Shown in pieces: positions 39,919 through 48,741 of a stretch of DNA of 64,000 nucleotides. The notes beneath the pieces were generated by a model that ran no database searches, was not told where the DNA came from, and worked only from the letters and a program-made list of their open reading frames with translations. The stretch spans positions 1,575-65,574 of the forward strand of contig CALVWC010000001.1 of the NCBI GenBank assembly GCA_944364445.1. The letters are read 5' to 3'. The DNA comes from an uncultured Clostridia bacterium (GTDB lineage Bacteria > Bacillota > Clostridia > Christensenellales > UBA1242). The position numbers were made by a program, and so were the translations under genes. Within the stretch, counting starts at the first letter, position 1; the number at the start of each line of letters is the position of its first letter.

Positions 39919-40377
39919 TTATTTATGATAACTTACGCCGTTTAAAATTGTGAAAGCGCGATATATTTGCTCTAAAAGCATAATGCGAAAAAGATTATGC
40001 GGAAAGGTCATTTTGGAAAAGGAAATTTTCATTTGACAGGCGTTTTTAACTTTTTCACTAACACCATACGAGCCACCTATCACAAAGGTTATTTTGGAAT
40101 TTGTGAGGGCAAGTTTTTCCAGTCTGTTTGCAAACTCTTCGCTAGACAAATTTTCTCCGCCCAAGTCACACAAAATGTTGTAAGAGGAAAGATTTTTAAT
40201 AATCTCCTCGCCTTCTTTTTCTTTAATAAGCATTAAATTAACAAGTTTGTTTTGCTCTTTAAGTTCAATGACATTAACCTTAGCAAACTTTGAAAGCCGT
40301 TTAAGATATTCTTTCTCCGCGTCCTGAGAAAATTTTTCTTTTAAATTTCCAACACAAACAACACTGATATTCAGCAT
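39919..40377 (-). CDS. rlmH: 23S rRNA (pseudouridine1915-N3)-methyltransferase
   Basis: SPOUT C-terminus FVIGGSYGVS...MTFPHNLFRIMLLEQIYRAF. Confidence 0.9.
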   Translation of the reverse strand: MLNISVVCVGNLKEKFSQDAEKEYLKRLSKFAKVNVIELKEQNKLVNLMLIKEKEGEEIIKNLSSYNILCDLGGENLSSEEFANRLEKLALTNSKITFVIGGSYGVSEKVKNACQMKISFSKMTFPHNLFRIMLLEQIYRAFTILNGVSYHK

Positions 40378-41486
40378 ACTATCCCCCAAATTAGCGTAAA
40401 GAGTGTGACAGCAGAGGAAAGCACGATTGAAGCAATAAGAAGAATTTTTGTTCGCGTTTCCAATTTTTCGCGTTTAGGCTTTGGCACAACAATGGCGTCA
40501 GGATTATCCTGCATAAACTTTTTTATCTCTTCCATAGACATAAACATAAACATCTTTTCGTTTTCCGCTTCCTCGCCTTTAATCTTTTCCACATCGTTTA
40601 AATAGTTAACGCGAGTGGCAAGATTTTGCATAACTTTTTGTTTTTCGCGAATGGAGTCCTCAAAACTAGCCTTTAAAAGTAAGCGTGTTAGAACAACAAG
40701 AAGTATGGTTAACACCAAAATGGTTATGAACATCACAACAAAGCCCACCACCACATTGTTTGCAAGAATGGTGTTTAGTTGTGTGAAAAATCCTCCATGC
40801 AAATTGCCACTTGCAGTTAAATATGACAACAAAACGCTTATGCCGTTATTCATAAAGTGGATAATCATACATGGATAAATTGAACCTGAAACATAACAAA
40901 CAAAGCCAAGGAAAAAGCCGATGAGTGTGGCATAGAAAAATTGCTCAATGTTAAGGTGCAAAAGTCCAAACATAAGCCCTGTTAAAAGGATGCTGTTTTT
41001 CATGCCAAGCCCGCTGGTGTTTGATAAAAGCATACCTCTATGCAAATTCTCTTCGCAAATCGCTGGCAAAATGGCGGTGAAAATAATGCTTAAAACAAGC
41101 GTCCAAATGCTCACCGTTCCCCCACCGCTTCCGCTTGGCGAAGAATAACCGAGCGACTCTAAGATGGCATAGAAAAAGGAAGAAACAAAAACATTAAGAA
41201 AGTATACAACAACTCCAAGCCCAATAGATATTAAAACCACCTTAAAGGAAATTTTTTCATAGTTAAAGTCGCGAAAAGTCCGCTTTAAACTTTTTTTATT
41301 CATAATTTTAAACATCAAAATGGAAAAAAGAAAAAGCATTCCAATTTGCAGAAAACCATTAACAACATAATTCCCAACTTCTCCCATAAAAGAAAGAAGA
41401 TGGAAACTGTTTAGCATTCTTATTACGCAAAAAACGCAGACCACAATAAAATATATTAAACTTGCACTAAACGCACTTTTTTTCAC
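40371..41486 (-). CDS. CPBP family intramembrane glutamic endopeptidase (CAAX protease-like) with a long charged C-terminal extension
   Basis: EENLHRG, FGLLH and HFMNN motifs. GTG start at 41486 after an AGGAGA RBS; the start assignment is moderately certain. Confidence 0.75.
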   Translation of the reverse strand: MKKSAFSASLIYFIVVCVFCVIRMLNSFHLLSFMGEVGNYVVNGFLQIGMLFLFSILMFKIMNKKSLKRTFRDFNYEKISFKVVLISIGLGVVVYFLNVFVSSFFYAILESLGYSSPSGSGGGTVSIWTLVLSIIFTAILPAICEENLHRGMLLSNTSGLGMKNSILLTGLMFGLLHLNIEQFFYATLIGFFLGFVCYVSGSIYPCMIIHFMNNGISVLLSYLTASGNLHGGFFTQLNTILANNVVVGFVVMFITILVLTILLVVLTRLLLKASFEDSIREKQKVMQNLATRVNYLNDVEKIKGEEAENEKMFMFMSMEEIKKFMQDNPDAIVVPKPKREKLETRTKILLIASIVLSSAVTLFTLIWGIVC

Positions 41487-41509
41487 AACATTTCTCCTAA
41501 TAGTATATA

Positions 41510-42529
41510 CTAGACAAGCACAGCATTTATAACCAGCACCAATAAAGAAATTACCCATCCTGCCCACAAAGAAAGTGGAATTTTGGCGAGAATTATTGGA
41601 TTGGAATTATACTCTCCCACCTCTTCCTCTTCTTCCGCCTTGTGCTTTTTAAGATAGAACCAATAAAACAGGAAAAAGAGCGAACCAATAACAAGCGCCA
41701 GCAGTATGGAAACTATGATGTAAACGGCATTGATTGGCATATCCAAATTTAAAGCGCCCGTGTTAAGCATATATTGAATGGTTATCGTTGTGATGTTGTT
41801 AAATAGATGCATAATCATGGTGTAGAGGATGTTGCCAGTTTTATCGGCAATCACCGCAAACACAATTCCCATAATGAATGGATAGATAAATTGCTGAATG
41901 TTTTGATGCACAAGTGCAAAGGTTAACGCGGATAAAAAGATGGCAGGCAAACTTCCCAAACTTTTTTTAAGCCCGTTAAACACAACTCCGCGGAAAATCA
42001 ATTCCTCGCAAAAGGCAGGAACTATGGCAAAAATCAAAATCCAAAGCATATACCAGCCGAAACTATTGAGAGGAATCGGCGTCACGCTTGGTTCAAAGCC
42101 TATAAGTGAAAAAAGTTCTCCAAAGCACCCTTCAATAAGCCCAAATAGACAAATCACAAACAAAATTCCAAACACTGCACAAATAACAGTCAGCCATGGA
42201 TTAATCTTTTTAACTTTTAATTTGGAAGCGGAAAAACTAACCCTGTTTACCTTGTTATAGATAAAAAATGTGCAAACAAAAGTTATTTGCGAAATAAGTG
42301 CATAAGGAATGGTGAACCAAAGGTGGTTTTGATATAAAACATCAATCCAACTTTCTGCACCAGAAAAGTCAACACCCACTGCACTTGCAATGCCATAGCC
42401 TATGTAAGAAAAAATGAAAGAAAAAAGAATAGGAAGCAAGAAAACATATAAAAACACCTTTCCCGCATCGTTAGATGTGTAAAAATTTCGCCTTGCAATC
42501 GCTTTTTTAAATTGTTCTTCGCTGTTCAT
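41510..42529 (-). CDS. CPBP family intramembrane glutamic endopeptidase (second, tandem copy)
   Basis: EELIFRG, FALVH and HLFNN motifs. The track N-terminus overlaps tadA on the opposite strand, so the ATG at 42529 is preferred. Confidence 0.75.
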   Translation of the reverse strand: MNSEEQFKKAIARRNFYTSNDAGKVFLYVFLLPILFSFIFSYIGYGIASAVGVDFSGAESWIDVLYQNHLWFTIPYALISQITFVCTFFIYNKVNRVSFSASKLKVKKINPWLTVICAVFGILFVICLFGLIEGCFGELFSLIGFEPSVTPIPLNSFGWYMLWILIFAIVPAFCEELIFRGVVFNGLKKSLGSLPAIFLSALTFALVHQNIQQFIYPFIMGIVFAVIADKTGNILYTMIMHLFNNITTITIQYMLNTGALNLDMPINAVYIIVSILLALVIGSLFFLFYWFYLKKHKAEEEEEVGEYNSNPIILAKIPLSLWAGWVISLLVLVINAVLV

Positions 42530-42608
42530 GCCTTTAATAATAGCACAAATATTTAAAAAAAACAACAAATATATTGCCTTAGAAAAAATTTTGTTGTAAA
42601 ATGGTGTT

Positions 42609-43052
42609 ATGAAAAACTTTATGGAAATTGCCATAAACGAGGCAAAAAAAGCGGAAAAAAGAGGAGAAGTTCCTATTGGAGCTTGCGTGGTTAAAAACGG
42701 AAAGGTCATTTCAAAAGGCTATAATAAGCGTGAAAAAACCAAAAACGCCATAAACCATGCAGAGATAATCGCCATAAAAAAAGCCTGCCGAAAACTTCAT
42801 GATTGGAGGCTTTTAGATTGCTCGCTTTATGTCACCCTTATTCCTTGCCCAATGTGTGCAGGTGCGATTGTGAACGCAAGAATTAAAGACGTGCATTATG
42901 GAGCCGACGAAAAAAGTGAGGATAATCTTTGCGAAAAAATTTTTGAAAGCACTCGCCTAAACCACAACACAACATTAATTAAAGAAGAAAATTATAGTGA
43001 AATATGTTCATCACTTTTAACCAATTTTTTCAAAGGAAAACGAAAAAAGTGA
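42609..43052 (+). CDS. tadA: tRNA-specific adenosine deaminase
   Basis: HAEIIAI and PCPMCAGA zinc-binding motifs. Confidence 0.92.
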   Translation: MKNFMEIAINEAKKAEKRGEVPIGACVVKNGKVISKGYNKREKTKNAINHAEIIAIKKACRKLHDWRLLDCSLYVTLIPCPMCAGAIVNARIKDVHYGADEKSEDNLCEKIFESTRLNHNTTLIKEENYSEICSSLLTNFFKGKRKK

Positions 43053-43090
43053 AAAAAAATTACCACATAAAGTGGCAATTTAAAACTAAC

Positions 43091-43387
43091 TTAGTTTTTG
43101 CTTTCTTTTTTCTTGTCGTTTTTGTCATCTTTGCAACCGCAATTGCAGTTGTCATCACAATGGCAGTCGCTTGAACCACTTTTGATGGCATAAGCAATTC
43201 CCATTCCTGTAAGCACAACACCAGAGAGCATTGCAACAATGTAGCCAATGGTTGTGAGTGCACTTGCAAGTGCATCGCCATTGAAGCCTGTTCCCCAATT
43301 AACAATACCTTCAAGAACGGCACCAACAAGAATCATAGCAAGACCGATGCCAAGAATGATGATGGTTGTTAATGTCAACTTTTTCAT
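43091..43387 (-). CDS. Small membrane protein with a Cys-rich C-terminal tail
   Basis: AAAGGAGGAGAT-ATG at 43387. Two or three predicted TM helices, then SSDCHCDDNCNCGCKDDKNDKKK. Confidence 0.6.
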   Translation of the reverse strand: MKKLTLTTIIILGIGLAMILVGAVLEGIVNWGTGFNGDALASALTTIGYIVAMLSGVVLTGMGIAYAIKSGSSDCHCDDNCNCGCKDDKNDKKKESKN

Positions 43388-43515
43388 ATCTCCTCCTTTT
43401 AATATACCTATATTATAAGTGATATCGCGAAATATGTCAAATATTTTAACAAAATAAATAAAAAACAGCGAAAAATTTCCATTTAACGCCGTTTTTAAAA
43501 TATAATTTATTAATG

Positions 43516-44019
43516 TCATAACAAATTCATAAGTTCTTTTTGAAATTCTTCTTCAGTTATAACACCGTCCTCTTTAAGTTTTCTAAGTTCTTCCACTTTT
43601 CTTCGCTTTTCGTCTTTTTCTCTATCTTCTTGACGCTGTTCGGTGCGAAGTTCAGACGGAGAGTTCATAACAATGATGTCTGGAATGAACATGGAGATGA
43701 AAAGGAGTATCCAAGGTATCCAACCGCCTGCAAATATGATGATTATAAGTCCTGCAATGTAGTATTTTTGCGAATAGCGGAAATATTTTCCTTTTTTGCG
43801 AACGGAATATATAAGCATGATGCTGGCAATAATCCCCGCGATAATTTCCACAAAAACAAAGTAAATGCTGTAATAGGATATAACAACAAGATAATATGCA
43901 AGCATTTCAAAACGCACAGGGTCAACAAGATACATAATCACAATCACAAGATTGGCAAGCATATTGATTAAATTGATTATTCCTGCGCTTAAAATTAAGT
44001 TTCTTTTTGTTTTGTTCAT
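43516..44019 (-). CDS. Membrane protein with a C-terminal SHOCT-like domain
   Basis: Four hydrophobic helices, then LRKLKEDGVITEEEFQKELMNLL, which fits the SHOCT pattern. Confidence 0.65.
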   Translation of the reverse strand: MNKTKRNLILSAGIINLINMLANLVIVIMYLVDPVRFEMLAYYLVVISYYSIYFVFVEIIAGIIASIMLIYSVRKKGKYFRYSQKYYIAGLIIIIFAGGWIPWILLFISMFIPDIIVMNSPSELRTEQRQEDREKDEKRRKVEELRKLKEDGVITEEEFQKELMNLL

Positions 44020-44212
44020 AATTTTTCCTTTTAAGGCTTGAAGCCTATTTTGAAGCGAATTTTTTAACTATTGAAATATTATTAACAAATTTCCGCCAAA
44101 ATTTTCCCTTCAAAACGAATATATGCTAACATTTTTTAAAATAACTGTCAAATCATTTTGAAAAAATTCGAAATTGTGCTAAAACATATTTGTTAAATAA
44201 AATGAGGTTGAT

Positions 44213-44995
44213 ATGAGAATTGAACGAAGATTGGTCGTTATCACTGGAGCATCAAGTGGGCTTGGAAAAGGACTTAAAGAAAGTTTTGAAAAAAAAGGCG
44301 ATAAGGTTATTGATATTTCACTAAATGGTTCAGACTATAAGTGTGATGTTTCCGACCAAAACGCCATGAAAGCAGTTTTTGACGACATTTTTTTAAATCA
44401 CGGCTTTATTGACATTTTGATAACCTCCGCTGGATATGGTCTTTCGGGTGCGATTGAATTAACTGATGAACAAGAGGCAAAAAAACAATTTGATGTAAAT
44501 TTCTTTGGCACGGCAAACACCGTGAAATACGCTCTACCTCTTATGAAAAAAAATTCCAAAATTGTCATTATCGCCTCCGCTGCTGGAATTTTTCCTCTTC
44601 CATTTAAGGCATATTATTGTGCAAGCAAAAGCGCAGTTAACAGTTTCGCCCAATCGCTTAAAATGGAGTTAAGCAGAACGAACATCGATGTGACTTCCAT
44701 TTGTCCCGGTGATATAAGAACCAATTTCACCGATAATCGCATTAAGAACTACGAAACAAACGAAAGATATGGCAAAGCGGTGGAACTTTCCACAAAGCCA
44801 ACCGAAAAAACGGAAAAACGCAGAATGAAAAGTGAATATGCTGTTAGCGCCATGATGAAAATCATTGAAAAGAAAAAATTTAAACCTCAATACATCATTG
44901 GAAAACAATACCACATTTTCTACGCTTTCAAACGCCTTGTGACAACCAAGTTTTTGAACTCTTGCATAACAAAAATATTTTACAAAACAAAATAA
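44213..44995 (+). CDS. Short-chain dehydrogenase/reductase (SDR) family oxidoreductase
   Basis: ITGASSGLG (TGxxxGxG) and YCASK (YxxxK) motifs. Confidence 0.88.
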   Translation: MRIERRLVVITGASSGLGKGLKESFEKKGDKVIDISLNGSDYKCDVSDQNAMKAVFDDIFLNHGFIDILITSAGYGLSGAIELTDEQEAKKQFDVNFFGTANTVKYALPLMKKNSKIVIIASAAGIFPLPFKAYYCASKSAVNSFAQSLKMELSRTNIDVTSICPGDIRTNFTDNRIKNYETNERYGKAVELSTKPTEKTEKRRMKSEYAVSAMMKIIEKKKFKPQYIIGKQYHIFYAFKRLVTTKFLNSCITKIFYKTK

Positions 44996-45108
44996 CAATT
45001 TGTTAGAAATTGCCATAAGTTTTGGCAATTTTTTTATTGAGAGTTTTAAAACAAAAAATATATGCACACTTTTTAAAAAATTCAATATGCTGATAATGGA
45101 GGTAGAAA

Positions 45109-45294
45109 ATGCATTATTCAAGAAAATACTGCCAAGGCGATTTTATAAATTTGCGTCCGTGTCCACCTCCACAGTGGCAACCATGCAACCCTTGTTGTGA
45201 CGTTCCATGTTGTCCCCCAACTTGTTCGTGTCAAGATGATTTAACCATTTTTCTAATTGGTTATTTCATAGGTAAAAAATCACGAAATTACTAA
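45109..45294 (+). CDS. Small Cys/Pro-rich protein (61 aa) with a hydrophobic C-terminus
   Basis: GGAGGT RBS 5 nt before the ATG. A hairpin terminator lies downstream at 45328-45351. Core sequence: PCPPPQWQPCNPCCDVPCCPPTCSC. Confidence 0.55.
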   Translation: MHYSRKYCQGDFINLRPCPPPQWQPCNPCCDVPCCPPTCSCQDDLTIFLIGYFIGKKSRNY

Positions 45295-45327
45295 AGATAA
45301 ATACACAAAAAACAAAAGAAAAAATAA

Positions 45328-45351
45328 AAGGCTGACAACTTGTTAGCCTTT
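45328..45351. terminator. Bidirectional hairpin terminator between the Cys/Pro-rich ORF and pepF
   Basis: AAGGCTGA/TTAGCCTT stem, flanked by A-runs upstream and T-runs downstream. Confidence 0.6.
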
Positions 45352-45419
45352 TATCTTTATTCATTTTTTTGAATAATTATTATAGTAGTATGCAAGGTAG
45401 TATGCAAGAGAAAAATTCC

Positions 45420-47204
45420 TTATAAAAGTGCTTTCCACTTTCCTATAAAATCTTTGCAAACAGCAAAAACATCGTCATAAATCTCTTCTTTTTCCAAATC
45501 ACAACCACACGATTTTAAAAGAGCAATCGGGCTTTTAATGCTTCCAGAAGAAAGGAATTTTAAATACTTTTCTTTTTGGTTTTCATCATGGTTCACAAGT
45601 TTATTTGCAATATTCACGGCACAAATCAAGCCTGTTGCATATTTATACACATAAAAATGCGAATAAAAATGTGGTATTCTCGCCCACTCAAACTGCATTT
45701 CATCAATCTGTTCCACGCTTTTTCCATGATAAAAATTGTTGAGTTCTTGATATTTTTTGCAGAGTAGTTCTCGCGTTAACGGCACCCCTTTTTCATATTC
45801 GGCATGAGCAAATTCCTCAAACTCGCTGAACATGGTTTGCCTAAATATTGTGGAACGCACATCAACCAAAAAGTGATTATAATAAAACATCTTTTCCTCT
45901 TTCGTTTTGGCGCGTGCAAGAAGATAATTTAAAAGAAGCATTTCATTTGTTGTGCTGGCAACCTCTGCCACAAAAATCACATATCCTGCTGTTTGATATG
46001 GCTGGTTTTTGTCAGATAGAAAACTGTGCATTGCGTGCCCTAGCTCATGTGCCAAAGTGAAAACAGAGGATAAATTTCCTTCAAAATTGGTTAACACAAC
46101 AGGTGTTGCACCATAACATCCCCAAGAAAAAGCACCGCTATCCTTATTTTCGTTTGGATAAACATCAATCCACCTTTCATTGACTGCGCGGTCTATGAGT
46201 TTCACATAGTCCTCTCCCAAAACTTGCACCGCGTTTTTAATAAGTTCAATCGCCTCGTTATATGTGAATTTTTTGTCAATATCTTTCACTATTGGTGCGA
46301 AAGTGTCATAAACCGCCACAGTGTCTAAATTAAGCATTTGGCGTTTAATATCAAAAAAATCCTCCATTATCTTAACATTTTCACGCACTTTTCTTATCAA
46401 TAATTTATACACTTTCTCGCTTGCTTCTTCGTTATAAATAGAGCCAGAAAGAGCAGATGGATATTTTCTAAGTTTAGAAAACACACAAAGCTCTTTAACT
46501 TCGTTTATATAATTGTTTGCAAGAAAATTGATAAACTCACCAAACTTACCATTCATACGCTTAAAGGCATTTTTTCTCAGCGTCCTATCTTCACTCTCAG
46601 CAAAAAGCGTGTAATTTGATTGATTTAAAGCATGTTTTTTGCCTTTGGAGTCTAAAATATCGCCAAACTTTAAATCCACATCCGAAAACACATCGAAATT
46701 TTCTGAAAAACCATCGGTAAATTCGCCAAGATGAGAAAGTAAATTTTCCTCATTTTTTGGCAAAATATGCTTTTTGTGACGCAAAATTCCTTCAAAATAG
46801 CGTTTATAATCTTTAAATTTCTTCTCTTTTTGAAGAACTTTTAGTTTTTCATCAGATAATTTTGAAACCTCAACATCAATAAATGTTGTGGCAACGGCAA
46901 GAGTGGTTTGCAAAGAGTTTATTTTCTCACACATTTCGTTTGCCACCGTGTTTGCGTTGTCTGTTTTTTTATATAAATTGGCGTAAAGATATAAAAATCC
47001 AAATTCCTTAGAAAGAGCGGTTTCACATTCAAGGCAATTAAAAAGTTCTTCCTCACTTTCAAGTTTTCCTTCAAAATTGGAAATGGTTTTGGTTTTATTT
47101 TTAAGTTTGTTTAAACGCTTATAAAAATCCTCGTTATTTTTGCAAAACTTAGTCAAATCCCATTTAAACTTTTCTTCAATTTCTTCACGCTTTTTCATTT
47201 TCAC
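45420..47204 (-). CDS. pepF: Oligoendopeptidase F (M3B family)
   Basis: HELGHAMH zinc motif. Length 594 aa. Confidence 0.9.
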   Translation of the reverse strand: MKMKKREEIEEKFKWDLTKFCKNNEDFYKRLNKLKNKTKTISNFEGKLESEEELFNCLECETALSKEFGFLYLYANLYKKTDNANTVANEMCEKINSLQTTLAVATTFIDVEVSKLSDEKLKVLQKEKKFKDYKRYFEGILRHKKHILPKNEENLLSHLGEFTDGFSENFDVFSDVDLKFGDILDSKGKKHALNQSNYTLFAESEDRTLRKNAFKRMNGKFGEFINFLANNYINEVKELCVFSKLRKYPSALSGSIYNEEASEKVYKLLIRKVRENVKIMEDFFDIKRQMLNLDTVAVYDTFAPIVKDIDKKFTYNEAIELIKNAVQVLGEDYVKLIDRAVNERWIDVYPNENKDSGAFSWGCYGATPVVLTNFEGNLSSVFTLAHELGHAMHSFLSDKNQPYQTAGYVIFVAEVASTTNEMLLLNYLLARAKTKEEKMFYYNHFLVDVRSTIFRQTMFSEFEEFAHAEYEKGVPLTRELLCKKYQELNNFYHGKSVEQIDEMQFEWARIPHFYSHFYVYKYATGLICAVNIANKLVNHDENQKEKYLKFLSSGSIKSPIALLKSCGCDLEKEEIYDDVFAVCKDFIGKWKALL

Positions 47205-47896
47205 CTCACAAAATATTTTGAAATATCAAATTCTTTCCAAGGCATTTTTGTGTCGTCAGGACTGACATAAAACACCATTCTGTCCTTTGTGGTTGGATGT
47301 GTGAAAGATAACTCTCCTGCCCAAAGCCCAAGGTTTGAAGTCCTACTTTTATTTTTTCCATATTTTGCGTCGCCAAACAAGGCACAGCCTATGTTTGCAA
47401 GTTGCACGCGAATTTGGTGGCTTCTTCCAGTTAAAATTTGCACTTTCAAAAGGCTATATTTTCCGTTGTTCTCAAGCTCCTCATAAATAAGTTCCGCTTT
47501 TTTTGCACCACTCACACCCATTGGCACAACCTTAACTTTGTTTTCTCGCTCGTCTTTTTCAAGATAGTTCACAAGGTGGTCTTTCTTAAACTTAACCACT
47601 TTTTCAGTGACAGCAAAATATATTTTGTCGGTTGTATGTTCCTTAAACTGCTCGGAAAGCCTTTTTGCCGATTTTGAGTTTCGTGCAAAAACCATAACGC
47701 CGCCAGTTGGTCTGTCCAGCCTATGCACCAAGCCGATAAAAGCCTCGCCTTCCTTATGATATTTTTCCTTAACATAGGCTTTAACCATGGAAAGAAGGTC
47801 AACATCGCCACTTTCATCGCTTTGTGTTGGAACATTTTGAGGTTTCACAACCACAATCACTTGGTTATCCTCATAAAGCACATTTAATTTTTCCAT
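47201..47896 (-). CDS. RluA family pseudouridine synthase (no S4 domain)
   Basis: HRLDRPTGGVMVFA catalytic motif. Confidence 0.85.
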   Translation of the reverse strand: MEKLNVLYEDNQVIVVVKPQNVPTQSDESGDVDLLSMVKAYVKEKYHKEGEAFIGLVHRLDRPTGGVMVFARNSKSAKRLSEQFKEHTTDKIYFAVTEKVVKFKKDHLVNYLEKDERENKVKVVPMGVSGAKKAELIYEELENNGKYSLLKVQILTGRSHQIRVQLANIGCALFGDAKYGKNKSRTSNLGLWAGELSFTHPTTKDRMVFYVSPDDTKMPWKEFDISKYFVR

Positions 47897-48729
47897 ATTT
47901 TAACTCCTGTTGCTCCGCATGGAAGGATTAACCCTTCCTCTGTTGGCAAGCCAATTTCTTCCGCTTCCACATCCGTTTTTCCAAAAACACTTTTAAGAAT
48001 GTTGGCAATAACGATTGGTTGAAGCCCTGTCGTGTAAGAATTGATTAGCACAAAAAGTGGTTTTTCGCTTAAAACGCGTTTGGTTAGGCTGACAAAATCT
48101 GCAAGATTATCTTCCAGCCTCCACATCTCGCCACTTGGTCCGCGTCCATAACTTGGCGGGTCCATGATGATGGCGTCATAGGTGTTTCCTCGCCTAATTT
48201 CTCGCTCCACAAACTTTTGGCAGTCGTCCACAATGAAACGGATGTTGGAGATGTTGTTTAATTTGGCATTTTCTTTTGCGCGTTCCACCATGCCTTTGCT
48301 GGCGTCCACATGAGTGACAAGTGCACCCGCCTTGCTTAGCGCCACTGACGCACCGCCAGTGTAAGCAAAAAGGTTTAAGACTTTAACATCTTTTCTGTTT
48401 TTAACAAGTTCACTCATAAAATTCCAATTTGTCGCCTGCTCGGGAAAGATGCCAGTGTGCTTAAACCCCATAGGCTTCACAATGAATTTCAGATTTTTCC
48501 ATGAGATTTGCCACTCGTCTGGAATTTTTTTTAAGTAGTGCCACCTGCCACCACCTTCCTGCTTTTCATAATAAGCATCCACATCCGAACGCTTAAAAAG
48601 GTCACTTTCAGCATGCCAAATAACTTGAGGGTCAGGGCGAAGAAGTCTAATCCTCCCCCAATCTTCAAGTTTATATCCGTCGCCAGTGGCAATCACCTTA
48701 TAATCTTTCCAATCATCTGCAATTCTCAT
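47884..48729 (-). CDS. Class I SAM-dependent methyltransferase (RlmI/YccW C-terminal-like)
   Basis: LNLFAYTGGASVA (motif I-like) and IIMDPPSYGRG (motif IV). Confidence 0.8.
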   Translation of the reverse strand: MRIADDWKDYKVIATGDGYKLEDWGRIRLLRPDPQVIWHAESDLFKRSDVDAYYEKQEGGGRWHYLKKIPDEWQISWKNLKFIVKPMGFKHTGIFPEQATNWNFMSELVKNRKDVKVLNLFAYTGGASVALSKAGALVTHVDASKGMVERAKENAKLNNISNIRFIVDDCQKFVEREIRRGNTYDAIIMDPPSYGRGPSGEMWRLEDNLADFVSLTKRVLSEKPLFVLINSYTTGLQPIVIANILKSVFGKTDVEAEEIGLPTEEGLILPCGATGVKIWKN

Positions 48730-48741
48730 ACATTTTCCTTA

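Noticed and set aside
43060-45121. ORFs at 43060-43329, 43540-43971, 43743-43928 and 44669-45121
   Set aside because: They are alternative-frame or antisense to better-supported genes (the small membrane protein, the SHOCT protein and the SDR). They lack an RBS.
45385-45408. Tandem 12-mer GTAGTATGCAAG, two copies, downstream of pepF
   Set aside because: It is a single duplication in a spacer. Loosely similar TATGCAAG/GCATAC strings elsewhere (4617, 63885) are not convincingly the same motif.
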